This document shows positions 1-9,382 of a stretch of DNA of 64,000 nucleotides, in pieces. The position numbers were made by a program, and so were the translations under genes. Source of the stretch: Bacteroidota bacterium (lineage in GTDB: Bacteria > Bacteroidota > Ignavibacteria > UBA10030); contig JBEKAY010000013.1 of NCBI GenBank assembly GCA_050015675.1, positions 2,734 through 66,733 of the forward strand. Direction: 5' to 3'. The notes beneath the pieces were generated by a model. That model did no database searches. It was not told where the DNA came from and saw nothing but the letters and a program-made list of their open reading frames with translations. The first letter of the stretch is position 1. Every line of letters begins with the position of its first letter.

Positions 1-103
1 ATCGCTGAAGGGAGTTTCAAATTCTGTACTGAGTTCGGATGAGTTCCCCCCCCCCCGCTATCCCGCAAAAAGCGCGGGGCGCATAAAACGCGCGTCTCGA
101 ACT

Positions 104-131
104 CAGTCAACTTAGGACTGAGTTTTTTTAT
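104..131 (+). terminator. Rho-independent terminator-like hairpin (ctcagtc-aacttag-gactgag followed by TTTTTTT)
   Basis: Perfect 7-bp stem with 7-nt loop directly followed by a T7 run on the plus strand; seen directly in sequence. Confidence 0.5.
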
Positions 132-143
132 CAACATGCAAGA

Positions 144-329
144 TCACTCTTCCGCAAACTTTTTGATTGCCTCGTAATATTTCACAATAGCTTTCGCTTT
201 GTTCTTGCCAAATGAGAGCCAGTGCCAGGTGGTTTCGGGATTTGGATTATCGACAGTTGGGATGCGGATAATCGGTTTGCCCTGATATTCGCCGATGGTG
301 GGTTGTGCTTCTTGCTTTGGTTCTTCCAT
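144..329 (-). CDS. hypothetical small protein (61 aa)
   Basis: Intact ORF downstream of hsdR on the same strand; an in-frame stop 9 nt upstream of the ATG prevents extension; no recognisable motif. Confidence 0.35.
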   Translation of the reverse strand: MEEPKQEAQPTIGEYQGKPIIRIPTVDNPNPETTWHWLSFGKNKAKAIVKYYEAIKKFAEE

Positions 330-514
330 ACTGATCCTTTATTTTTTCTGATTTGATACTTCCTCTGCTGCCTTCTTCTTCATATCCGCAAGCTTCTTTT
401 CAAGAGCCGGAGGCCTGAAAATGTCACAGGTAGCGTGCAAATGTTCATCTCGCAAAGCGAGATGACTCTAGCTACGCAGATACCAACCGGAAATAATTTA
501 GCACCACCTGCGTC

Positions 515-889
515 TCATTTTATTTTCACCAAAAGCGTTTTAATATGCTTGGGAAATCGTCCAAGGCCTTGTTCTTTTTTGATAAGCTCGACCATTGATT
601 TGTCTGTACAGGCGAATACGATACTCTCCGGTTTCTCATTGAGCGACATTGCCCAAAAAGCAACCGCGCGGATTTTACCAAGTCCGGCACTCTCGCTCGT
701 TACAACACCTGAACTTGTTGAAATAAAACAGACAATCTTTCCGTCTTCAGAAACGGCGTCGCATTCAAATTCTCCGCCGGACTGTACGCCTAATTTGCGT
801 TTTGCAAAAGCTTGATGATACTTCCTGGAAAGGAATTCGTTCCGTATCCAATTTTCAACATCTTTTGTAGTTGTGGTTGAGTCTGCCAT
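515..889 (-). CDS. hypothetical protein (124 aa), possible PD-(D/E)xK-like small nuclease fold
   Basis: Intact ORF; the segment GEFECDAVSEDGKIVCFIS resembles an E...D...K catalytic core, but this is weak and inferential. Confidence 0.4.
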   Translation of the reverse strand: MADSTTTTKDVENWIRNEFLSRKYHQAFAKRKLGVQSGGEFECDAVSEDGKIVCFISTSSGVVTSESAGLGKIRAVAFWAMSLNEKPESIVFACTDKSMVELIKKEQGLGRFPKHIKTLLVKIK

Positions 890-1040
890 TTTCTAATCGT
901 TCCCCTAAAACACTTCTTCCAATGTTTTCCCTCCACAAATTTTATCTCTTCCTCCGTCTGCAATCACTCGCTTGCATTCCCGCGTATTTTTGTAGCCGAC
1001 GTCGATGACCTCGGATTTCTGCCTTTAGCAATAACTTGCT

Positions 1041-3968
1041 TTAAGAAACAAATCTATACATCGAATGCCGTATAATATTTTGCACCAATAAATCAAATAT
1101 CCCACCGGCTGCTTTATATTGCATCTCCAGAGTTTTTCGTATCAGCCCTTTTTTTCTATAAAGGTCTATGATCTTTTTGCGTAATTGTGGCGCAACCGTT
1201 TGTTTAAGAAAATCTTGGTTTGTAGAATTGGCACCAATGAGATTTTGTAAGTCTTGGTCTTTCATTGTCTCATCATAGACTTGTTTGATAACGACCACAT
1301 CGTTTTCTTCTATTGTAAAGGTCTTCCTTATTGCTTCTAACACATCTTCAATCGTTGCTCGTGGCGGTGGTGCTCCCGTCCCATGTCCTGTACTTTGCGG
1401 TTCACTGACTCTATTCGGATTTTCTTTCTCGCCAATATATTTTATGGCTGCTTTGCTTACAATCACACTCTCAAGCGATTTTTTAAGACTGCTTTCTGAT
1501 CCGATCTTTATTAATTTCCCGTAAATCAGATCGGCAAATATTGCGAATCTGCTTAACGTATCATTGAACTCAACAAATTGGCAATAGAAATTGTATCGGT
1601 GAACATATTTTATCAACAAATTAACGAAAGTTGATCGTTCTTCTTTACCTTGAATAATACTTTCAAAATGCAGCCGATATTGCAAAGCGAGTGTTGCAAA
1701 TGCTGCATCATCACCTTCTTTTGCAGTATTGAGATATTTCTCTATTTGCTCTGTGTTAAATAAATTATATTCCTGTATCTCATCGTAAAGTTTTTGCATT
1801 TCCGATGGATCTGGCTCTGTTTCTCTTATTTTGATACCAGTGCGATATTTATTGAATGCTTTAAATATTTCTTTGCTATTATCTGTAAAATCGATAACGA
1901 CGGTTGCGTTCTTCCCTTCGTAATTTCTATTGAGGCGTGAGATGGTTTGAACTGCATTAACACCTTTTACATACTTATCTAAATACATTGCGCAAAGTAA
2001 TGGTTCATCAAATCCTTGTGTAAATTTATTTGCCACAATAAGTATTCGGTATTCATCTTTTTCGAAGAATGTCTCTATAGGCATCTCTTCCGTTATTTCC
2101 AGATTGTTGACCTTTGCTTCATCCAATGGTTCTTTGCTCACTTTTTCGATGAATGGCGCAAATGCAAAAAGCACTTTATAAGGAAGGTTTTGTTTCTCTA
2201 ATATCAACCTGATCGCCAGATAATAGTTGTATCCAGCCTGCCGGGAGGATGCAACAACCATTGCTTTCGATTTTCCTTCTAACAGCGGGCGTATCTCTTT
2301 CTCAAAATGGTTGGTGATTACCTGAGATTTATAATTGATAACATCGGTATCTTCAAATGCTATATCGCGCAAAAGTTTTTTAATAAGTCCTGCCGGATAC
2401 ATCCGTTCATCCGGTTTGATCCAAGCTTTATCTAAATGGTATAACGTTTTATATGATATAACATTTTCTGCAACATCTAAGATATAGCTCTCTTTAATTG
2501 CTTCGTCTTCAGTATAAACATCGAATGGTTTCCCGAACAACGCAATGGTCTTTTCTATCGGTGTGGCAGTAAAGGCGATATACACCTGACGGCGTATATC
2601 TAATTTCCGAAAAGCCTCTTCAACATCTTCTTCTATCGTTTCTATTTCACTGTTTTCCGTTTCTTCAGCCTGTGTTGCAAATGTTAAGCGTACGTTTTTC
2701 CCCATTTTACCGCTTTGCGAACGGTGCGCCTCATCGATAATAAATGCAACATGCAAATCCTTTAGACTTTCATCTTCGGATATTTGTTTTTGCACATAAT
2801 TGAATTTTTGTATGGTCGTAACAATGATATTAGTGCGTTTATGCAGGTGTTCAGCAACTTCTTCTGCCTTATCGGTATAAATAATCCTTTTCTGTAAATG
2901 AACAAATTTTTCCAAATCATTCTTTACATTTGTATCCAAACTTTTACGATCGGTAAGTATAACGACAACATCCAGAACCTTTTGATTCGTCGTTCCCTTG
3001 TTTAAGCTGTCCAAACGTTCTGCCAACCAGCTTATCGTTAGTGTTTTACCGGAACCAGGTGAGTGATGGACAAGATACTTCTTGCCGAGCATGTCTTCCG
3101 TTTCTGCATACTTCAATAAATCCGCTGTAATATTTCTTGTACTGCGCAATTGATGGAAGCGAGGCAGAATTGTATATGCAGGCCGTTGGCTTTCCATATC
3201 TGCCGGAACATACAGTAAAAAGTATTCGATAAAATCGCTGATGTATTCCGGAGAGAATAATTGTCCGTATAAATGCCAGACAGGATATTCTCCATGTGGT
3301 ATTTCAGGATTCTCTTTATTTGTCAATCCGGTATTCAAAGGATGAAAATACTCCTCATCCGTTGGATTCGTAGCCGCCCAGACCTCATCCGTATCGGCTG
3401 CAAAGTAGGCGAAGGGCAGAGTAAATATTCGTGAGAGTGTATGCCTTCGTTCGAGAAATTGATCGATTGCATCGGCATATGTGCAGGCTTCTCCCGTTGC
3501 TCCGTGATGCTTCAACTCTGCGGCAATTATAGGTAACCCATTAAGGTATAACACAAGGTCAATTGCTTCACTTGTATCCTGTGTAAAATAGAATTCCTTT
3601 TTATACGCAAAGATGTTTGCTTTATAGCTTTTTAATTGTTCCGCACTGTTTTCGTTTCTTGGTTTCGGGGTATAGAGATATATTTTTTCATCTTTGAGAG
3701 CAATGCCGTTGCGGATAACTAGCCATAATGGATATACACGCAGCTCATCTTTTATAGCTTTTACAATCTGCCTCCCCGTATCGCTGCCAAAGTATTCATC
3801 CCGTAATCGGTTCCATGTTTCCTTTTGAGTTGTCTGTATAAACTCGAAGAGATGGGATTCGACAAAGAAGCATTCTGTATCGGTTATCGCCTCTGCTGAT
3901 AAAACCCGATACTTGAAGTGTTCTTGCAGGTATTTGCAAATATGATTATGGAGTTCTTCTTCGTTCAT
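1041..3968 (-). CDS. hsdR: type I restriction enzyme R subunit (HsdR), SF2 helicase/endonuclease
   Basis: 975 aa; Walker A HSPGSGKT; DEAH-type box IIDEAHRSQ; helicase motifs in the C-terminal half; sits in an hsdM-hsdS-hsdR array. Confidence 0.9.
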   Translation of the reverse strand: MNEEELHNHICKYLQEHFKYRVLSAEAITDTECFFVESHLFEFIQTTQKETWNRLRDEYFGSDTGRQIVKAIKDELRVYPLWLVIRNGIALKDEKIYLYTPKPRNENSAEQLKSYKANIFAYKKEFYFTQDTSEAIDLVLYLNGLPIIAAELKHHGATGEACTYADAIDQFLERRHTLSRIFTLPFAYFAADTDEVWAATNPTDEEYFHPLNTGLTNKENPEIPHGEYPVWHLYGQLFSPEYISDFIEYFLLYVPADMESQRPAYTILPRFHQLRSTRNITADLLKYAETEDMLGKKYLVHHSPGSGKTLTISWLAERLDSLNKGTTNQKVLDVVVILTDRKSLDTNVKNDLEKFVHLQKRIIYTDKAEEVAEHLHKRTNIIVTTIQKFNYVQKQISEDESLKDLHVAFIIDEAHRSQSGKMGKNVRLTFATQAEETENSEIETIEEDVEEAFRKLDIRRQVYIAFTATPIEKTIALFGKPFDVYTEDEAIKESYILDVAENVISYKTLYHLDKAWIKPDERMYPAGLIKKLLRDIAFEDTDVINYKSQVITNHFEKEIRPLLEGKSKAMVVASSRQAGYNYYLAIRLILEKQNLPYKVLFAFAPFIEKVSKEPLDEAKVNNLEITEEMPIETFFEKDEYRILIVANKFTQGFDEPLLCAMYLDKYVKGVNAVQTISRLNRNYEGKNATVVIDFTDNSKEIFKAFNKYRTGIKIRETEPDPSEMQKLYDEIQEYNLFNTEQIEKYLNTAKEGDDAAFATLALQYRLHFESIIQGKEERSTFVNLLIKYVHRYNFYCQFVEFNDTLSRFAIFADLIYGKLIKIGSESSLKKSLESVIVSKAAIKYIGEKENPNRVSEPQSTGHGTGAPPPRATIEDVLEAIRKTFTIEENDVVVIKQVYDETMKDQDLQNLIGANSTNQDFLKQTVAPQLRKKIIDLYRKKGLIRKTLEMQYKAAGGIFDLLVQNIIRHSMYRFVS

Positions 3969-3991
3969 ATTTTTCCAGTTTTCAGTTCTTT

Positions 3992-4078
3992 GTCATTGCG
4001 AGTGACTGAAAGGAGCGAAGCAATCTCATCTTTTCCTCTGTGGTCAGATTGCTTCGTCACTGCGTTCCTCGCAATGAC
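3992..4078. repeat. pair of inverted palindromic repeat units (GTCATTGCGAG-N13-CGAAGCAATC and its reverse complement)
   Basis: Unit 3992-4025 and inverted unit 4047-4078; short direct repeat caatctcat at 4021-4029 and 4101-4109; lies between the GIY-YIG gene end and the hsdR start. Confidence 0.7.
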
Positions 4079-4105
4079 TATGAGACCAAGTCAGGAGAAA
4101 CAATC

Positions 4106-4429
4106 TCATTCTTCTTTCCATTCTAGCTGTTGTATCTCTCCATCATTATACAAATCGTTCCACTCTGGATTTACACCATTTACCAAGTCGAGCTTCTTTT
4201 GTCGTGAACCCGCTTTAATTTGTTTCTCGCGCGCAATCGAATCGTACGCAGTTCCAAATATTTCGTAATACACAAGCTTGGTAATATTATACCGCTTTGT
4301 AAATCCTTTCACGCGTTTTTCCTTATGCTCATAGACTCTTCGAATAAGATCGTTTGTCATACCAGTATAAAGAACCGTATTGTTCTTATTAGTCATGATG
4401 TAAACAAAATACTGGCGTTCTTCGTACAT
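4106..4429 (-). CDS. GIY-YIG (URI-domain) small nuclease, COG2827-like
   Basis: 107 aa; YFVYIMTNKNNTVLYTGMTNDLIRRVYEH matches the GIY-x10-YTG...R..EH core of the small GIY-YIG family. Confidence 0.85.
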   Translation of the reverse strand: MYEERQYFVYIMTNKNNTVLYTGMTNDLIRRVYEHKEKRVKGFTKRYNITKLVYYEIFGTAYDSIAREKQIKAGSRQKKLDLVNGVNPEWNDLYNDGEIQQLEWKEE

Positions 4430-4439
4430 AGGTTATAGT

Positions 4440-4570
4440 GTCATTGCAACGAATAAAAGAGCATGTCTATCTTTCTCTTTATCCTTAGTTTTCAGATTGC
4501 TTCGTCGCTGTGCTCCTCGCAATGACTGGAGCTTATCGTCATTGCGAGCGCCGAAGGTGCGTGGCAATCC
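4440..4570. repeat. cluster of the same palindromic repeat family (degenerate half-unit, inverted unit 4495-4526, forward unit 4538-4570)
   Basis: GATTGCTTCG-N11-CTCGCAATGAC followed by GTCATTGCGAG-N15-GCAATCC; between the hsdS stop (4581) and the GIY-YIG start (4429). Confidence 0.65.
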
Positions 4571-4580
4571 TTCCCTTTCG

Positions 4581-5828
4581 TTATTCTATCACTTTTCTTT
4601 TTCCTGTTACACATTCATGGATCAAGCTTTTTCGATATTGCTGCAATTTTTCGATTTGTCTTTCAATTATACTTTTTTCGTTTTGGACATTCGCGCAAAA
4701 TTGCTCTAAGTAGTTGGCGATCTCTTTTTGCTCTCTCTTATCTGGGAAAGCGATATAAAAATATGCTATTTGTCTTGTCCAATCTACACGTGGCATCTTT
4801 GCACCATATGCAACCGCAGTGCATATTTCAATAAATTTGGGTGACCCTATAAAGTATATAAAAAATGTACTCTCAATTTTTTGACAATTAAAGGCTATAA
4901 TTTCTCCAGTGCATTTACCATCTCTATCGGCAAGCCAATATTTTGCAAGATAAGGCCTTAGCTTTCCGAACAACACATCGTTCTTCCTAAAAATTGTCAC
5001 ATCACTTGAAACCTCTAGAGTATCTCTAAAACCTAATATTTTTCCAGTTCCTTGTTCTATGTCTTCAAGTTCTAGATAGTCTTTTTCATCAGATTTGTTT
5101 GTTGTCTTTTCTGTCCTTAGCTCAACAACATCCTTAATTCTCTCAACCTTCCAATGTTCCGGTATTTCTCCTATCCATTCAATTCCGCTCTCTTTGAGCT
5201 TTACATTTTTATCAAGACCTTTTGTTACGACTTTGTGTATTTCTGCCTTTTTGTATTGTTCTAATTTTTCCAACTGATGCTGCTTTACAGCAATAACCTT
5301 ATCAATGTCTTCCGTAGTTTTATCCAAATATTCAGCGATTGCTTTTTGTTCTGTCCTCGTAGGATAAGCAAGCTTTGTATCTTTTATGTCAACAATGTTG
5401 ATAGCAAAAAAAGTTGTACCGGTAGCTATGCTTTTATAATAGTCCTTTAATCCTAACAAACAATAATAGAGGAATTTAATTTCTGACTTTATCGAATGAA
5501 TCGCACACAATCCTCTACCAATAACATAAATTTGATCGGCGAAATTTAATTCGCCAATACTGGCCCTTACAGACAACAATAGATCGTTTGGTTTTGCTTC
5601 CTTTGTAATTTCAATTGTCCAATATTTATTTTCGGGGATAATTGAACCAAATTCTGTGTTTCCTTGAAGAAATGGAATACCTTTTTCTTCTTCAAAGACA
5701 TTATGCCCTGATGGAGATTGTCCCATAACAATTTCATCCATCATTTTAATTCTTTCAACTCGCCACTCAGAGGGAATATTACCAAGCCAATCAATCTGAG
5801 AAGATTTATATGCACTATACCTTTGCAT
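4581..5828 (-). CDS. hsdS: type I restriction-modification specificity subunit (HsdS) with two target-recognition domains
   Basis: 415 aa; internal duplication (WLGNIPSEWRVERIK / WIGEIPEHWKVERIK) marks two TRDs; conserved central and C-terminal coiled regions; overlaps hsdM by 14 nt. Confidence 0.85.
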   Translation of the reverse strand: MQRYSAYKSSQIDWLGNIPSEWRVERIKMMDEIVMGQSPSGHNVFEEEKGIPFLQGNTEFGSIIPENKYWTIEITKEAKPNDLLLSVRASIGELNFADQIYVIGRGLCAIHSIKSEIKFLYYCLLGLKDYYKSIATGTTFFAINIVDIKDTKLAYPTRTEQKAIAEYLDKTTEDIDKVIAVKQHQLEKLEQYKKAEIHKVVTKGLDKNVKLKESGIEWIGEIPEHWKVERIKDVVELRTEKTTNKSDEKDYLELEDIEQGTGKILGFRDTLEVSSDVTIFRKNDVLFGKLRPYLAKYWLADRDGKCTGEIIAFNCQKIESTFFIYFIGSPKFIEICTAVAYGAKMPRVDWTRQIAYFYIAFPDKREQKEIANYLEQFCANVQNEKSIIERQIEKLQQYRKSLIHECVTGKRKVIE

Positions 5829-7896
5829 TATTTTCCTCTAATTGTCTTAGTATTGCTTCTGCTTCTTTTTCTAAATCCCAAAATTCTTTTAGAACATCTT
5901 CTGCCTTGAGTGGTTCTTCATATTGGAAGAAATATTTGTTGGGCAATATTTCATACCCGAGCTGTGGTGTATTGGAAATACTGATAATTGGTTTATCTAT
6001 TTCCCTCTCAACAAACGTTTTAATATCCTCATTGAATGGTATATACTCAAAATCGATAATATACTGCCTATGTGTGAACAGCACCGTTGTTTTCACTTCG
6101 TAAGTGTTTTGCCACCATTTGAAGATTTCGCTTATCTTGAGTTCTTTCGTTTGTTCTGGGAATTTGTTTTTCAATTGTTCTGCAAAGACATCGACAAATT
6201 GTTTTTTCGATGTCAGCGGGAATTCAAATGATATTTCTTTTGCCGTTTCTGTGATAGATGTATTGATGGAAACATGAAAGGTCGCATCGCCGCCGAAAAA
6301 CGCCACCTTTTCATTCACGTTTTTGTTATTTACTTTCGTCGGGAACGGTTCCTTAATCCATGCGGGTGTATCGTTTTCATCGGTTTGCCAGAACACCACT
6401 TCTACCTTATGGAATGCGAAATCATGATAATCGAATATTTTACAGAAATCATTTTCCTGCCATTGATCGTATTGTTCTTCAATCCATTTACGGTGTATTT
6501 TCTCCAAGCGGTGCCGCTTCTGTCCCATGCTTTTCGGTTCATCACTAAACTGCTTACGTGCATTGATTATGAGAACTTTCTGTTTCTTCTTTTCTGGTTT
6601 TGTGTTACTCAGAATCCAGATGTACGTAAAAATGCCCGTATTATAAAACAACTGATCTGGCAACATCACAATACAATCCAGCAAATCATTTTCCAAGATA
6701 TGCCTACGTATTTCGCTTTCCCCGCTTTCTGCATCACCGTTGCTTAACGGAGAACCATTAAAGATGATTGCTATTTTGCTTGCGCCTTCTTTTGGCGTTT
6801 TCATTTTTTGAATCATTGTCATCAAAAAGAGCAAGGCACCATCTTTAATTGTCGGGAAATGTCCTTTGTATCGTGCGTATGAAAGCTTTTTTACTCGTGC
6901 CGCATACTCGCTCCAGTTCACGCCAAACGGCGGGTTACTGAGCATATAATCGAATTTCTTTTTGTCATGGTAATCGCCCCGTTCTTTATATCCTTCTTCA
7001 TCAGGCACTAATGAATTGCCATGCGTAATTCGATTCGCTTCTTCTGCTTTCATCATCATATCTGCTTTACAAATGGCGTAATTCTTGGATTGGCGCTCCT
7101 GTCCGTACAATTCAACAACCGTTTGAATCAGATCCTTTTCTTTATCACTTTTCGCATTCTCCAAAATATGTTCCTTTGCGACGGAAAGCATACCTCCTGT
7201 TCCACAGGCAGGGTCATAAATACTGATAGCTTTGTTTTTGTTCTTCGGGGAAAGTTGAATGTCTAATAATTCTACCATCAACCGTATAACTTCCCGTGGA
7301 GTAAAATGTTCTCCGGCTTCTTCTCCGCTTTGCTCAGAAAACTTCCTCAGGAGTTCTTCATAGACATACCCCATTTCGAGATTGGATAAATCTTTCGGCC
7401 CCAACGGTTCAGTTGAATACTGGCGGAGAATAGATTCAAGAACATCATTTTTCTCCATCGTTTTAATCGTGGAGGTAAATTCAAATTTCTCAAACATCTC
7501 TTCAATATTCGGAGAAAAGCCGTTAATGTAATCACGGAAGTTCTTTTCTATGCGTTTTGCATTGTCATTAACAATCTTCAAAAGTGTCCACTTCGTTTTA
7601 TTCCAAAAAGGAAATTCATCGCATTCGGTTTCCTTGATAAGCTTTTGTAATTCTGCTGTCTTTTTCTTCTTGGTTTTCGGTTTGTCTTTCTCTGTTATCC
7701 GATATTCGGGATACCCTTGTAAAAGTGCCTCTTCTGTCTCTTTGCGTTTATCTTCCAGAACACATTCAATCCGGCGGAGAAGAATAACAGGTAAAATAAC
7801 ATCCTGATATTCGTAAGCCTTAAACTTACCTCTCAGTTTAATGGCCGATTTCCAGATTTCGTCTGCTTTATTGTTTAGTTGTTCATTTGAAATCAT
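5815..7896 (-). CDS. hsdM: type I restriction-modification N6-adenine DNA methyltransferase subunit (HsdM)
   Basis: 693 aa; HsdM N-terminal domain; motif I DPACGTGGML; motif IV LSNPPFG. Confidence 0.9.
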   Translation of the reverse strand: MISNEQLNNKADEIWKSAIKLRGKFKAYEYQDVILPVILLRRIECVLEDKRKETEEALLQGYPEYRITEKDKPKTKKKKTAELQKLIKETECDEFPFWNKTKWTLLKIVNDNAKRIEKNFRDYINGFSPNIEEMFEKFEFTSTIKTMEKNDVLESILRQYSTEPLGPKDLSNLEMGYVYEELLRKFSEQSGEEAGEHFTPREVIRLMVELLDIQLSPKNKNKAISIYDPACGTGGMLSVAKEHILENAKSDKEKDLIQTVVELYGQERQSKNYAICKADMMMKAEEANRITHGNSLVPDEEGYKERGDYHDKKKFDYMLSNPPFGVNWSEYAARVKKLSYARYKGHFPTIKDGALLFLMTMIQKMKTPKEGASKIAIIFNGSPLSNGDAESGESEIRRHILENDLLDCIVMLPDQLFYNTGIFTYIWILSNTKPEKKKQKVLIINARKQFSDEPKSMGQKRHRLEKIHRKWIEEQYDQWQENDFCKIFDYHDFAFHKVEVVFWQTDENDTPAWIKEPFPTKVNNKNVNEKVAFFGGDATFHVSINTSITETAKEISFEFPLTSKKQFVDVFAEQLKNKFPEQTKELKISEIFKWWQNTYEVKTTVLFTHRQYIIDFEYIPFNEDIKTFVEREIDKPIISISNTPQLGYEILPNKYFFQYEEPLKAEDVLKEFWDLEKEAEAILRQLEENNAKV

Positions 7897-8149
7897 AATA
7901 TCTCATCCAGTAACCACCAGCCAGCTTCTTCCTGTAGCTTATTAATATTTAGTCGTGCTTGTTCTTCTTTGTTGCTCACAGTAATAAGAATACTGGACAA
8001 ATTGAGCACATTCAAATTGGTTAAATGCCATCGGCGTTCCATTCAATTCCCCAAGAGCATCTACTAAGAAGTTATGCAAAGCTTCTATCTTGTTCAATCT
8101 TCATTCACTTCATTGTTGGAACAGGTTTATATACTCCGCAAAAACAAAG

Positions 8150-9382
8150 CTACGCCCATAATGCCTGTATCGGAACAGCATAAAGATTCTTCTCAAACGG
8201 AATAACTTCATTTCCATCATACAATACGATGCCGCGCAGAAATTTCTTTTTCATTTCAGCTTCCAGCATCTTCATCGTTTTAAATGATGCTGCATCGACC
8301 CTTTGGCCGCTTTTAACTTCAATACAAACGATACTGCCATCGCGGCGTTCAAGCAGAAAATCAATTTCTTGTCCGGTTTGTGTCCGGAAATGATGTATCT
8401 GCGGCTGTGTCTTGCTCCACGAGATCAGTTTTAACAATTCATTGAGAACAAATGATTCTACAGCTTTTCCCGTAATCTCTCCGTCAGACCGAAGCCGTTG
8501 CTCATCTGCTCCGAGAAGATACAGCATCAATCCGGTATCTGTCAGGTACAACTTCGGTGTCTTAATGAGACGTTTGCTCAGATTTTTAGACCACGGCGTT
8601 ACCAATCGCACAAGGAACGTTGTTTCAAGCAGAGTCATGTATCTTTTTAAGGTCGTCTGTGGAATATTACTGCTATTGGACAACTCGGCGAAATTCAACA
8701 AAGCCCCTGAACGGCTGGCGAGAAGAGCAAGCAGCCGTGGAAGCGCTGTTAATCCTTCGATGTGCATGAGATCTCGGATATCACGCTGCAAGATGGTTGT
8801 TACATACGAACTGAACCAGGAATTCCTGCGAGCCGGATCATCGCGCTGCAATGCTTCAAAATATCCGCCTTTTAACATCCGTTCATTCAATGGATGCCGG
8901 TTGATATTTTTTAAGGAATATTTGGGCATTTTCTCTGCAAAGATATCCTCTGCAAATGATCTCTTTGTTTCTTCGAGTTCACTTTGTGAACATGGGTACA
9001 TGGAAAGTATTTCCATTCGCCCTGCAAGCGATTCAGAAAGCTTCGGAATGAGCAAGACGTTTGCCGAACCCGTTAAAAGAAATTGGCCTGCACTCTTTTT
9101 TTTGTCTATAGAGGTTTTCAATGCAAGAAATATTTCTGGCGCTCGTTGGACTTCATCAATAATGAGCGGCTCTTGATAGCCGGCTAAAAATCCTTCCGGA
9201 TTATTGTGCACGGCGGAGAGAACTACCGCATCGTCCAATGTGACATATCGTGCAGTATGCCCATGCGATGCGAGCCACTCCACCAACGTGCTTTTTCCTA
9301 CCTGCCGGGCTCCATTGAGCAAGACAACAGGGCTATCCTTGAGAGCATCCAGTACTACCGGTGTAATAGATCGCTGTATCAT
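8150..9382 (-). CDS. AAA+ ATPase with DUF4143 C-terminal domain (COG1373 family)
   Basis: Walker A GARQVGKST; Walker B LIIDEVQ; DUF4143-like C-terminal region. The ORF is open to 9466, but the family consensus start matches M at 9382. Confidence 0.7.
   Translation of the reverse strand: MIQRSITPVVLDALKDSPVVLLNGARQVGKSTLVEWLASHGHTARYVTLDDAVVLSAVHNNPEGFLAGYQEPLIIDEVQRAPEIFLALKTSIDKKKSAGQFLLTGSANVLLIPKLSESLAGRMEILSMYPCSQSELEETKRSFAEDIFAEKMPKYSLKNINRHPLNERMLKGGYFEALQRDDPARRNSWFSSYVTTILQRDIRDLMHIEGLTALPRLLALLASRSGALLNFAELSNSSNIPQTTLKRYMTLLETTFLVRLVTPWSKNLSKRLIKTPKLYLTDTGLMLYLLGADEQRLRSDGEITGKAVESFVLNELLKLISWSKTQPQIHHFRTQTGQEIDFLLERRDGSIVCIEVKSGQRVDAASFKTMKMLEAEMKKKFLRGIVLYDGNEVIPFEKNLYAVPIQALWA

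Noticed and set aside
435-815. 126-aa plus-strand ORF at the left end
   Set aside because: It overlaps the better-supported minus-strand ORF 515-889 and has a low-complexity composition. It is likely spurious.
4497-4713. Plus-strand ORFs 4497-4709 and 4510-4713 (...RHCERRRC...)
   Set aside because: They are translations of the GTCATTGCGAG/CGAAGCAATC palindromic repeat units, so they are repeat-encoded pseudo-ORFs.
4581-5828. Phase-variable or shufflon-type hsdS
   Set aside because: Only one hsdS copy is present. The internal duplication is the normal two-TRD architecture. No inverted hsdS' cassette, recombinase or flanking inverted repeats were seen.
8412-9176. 254-aa plus-strand ORF inside the AAA ATPase gene
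   Set aside because: It lies entirely antisense to a well-supported ATPase CDS, and no motif is recognisable.
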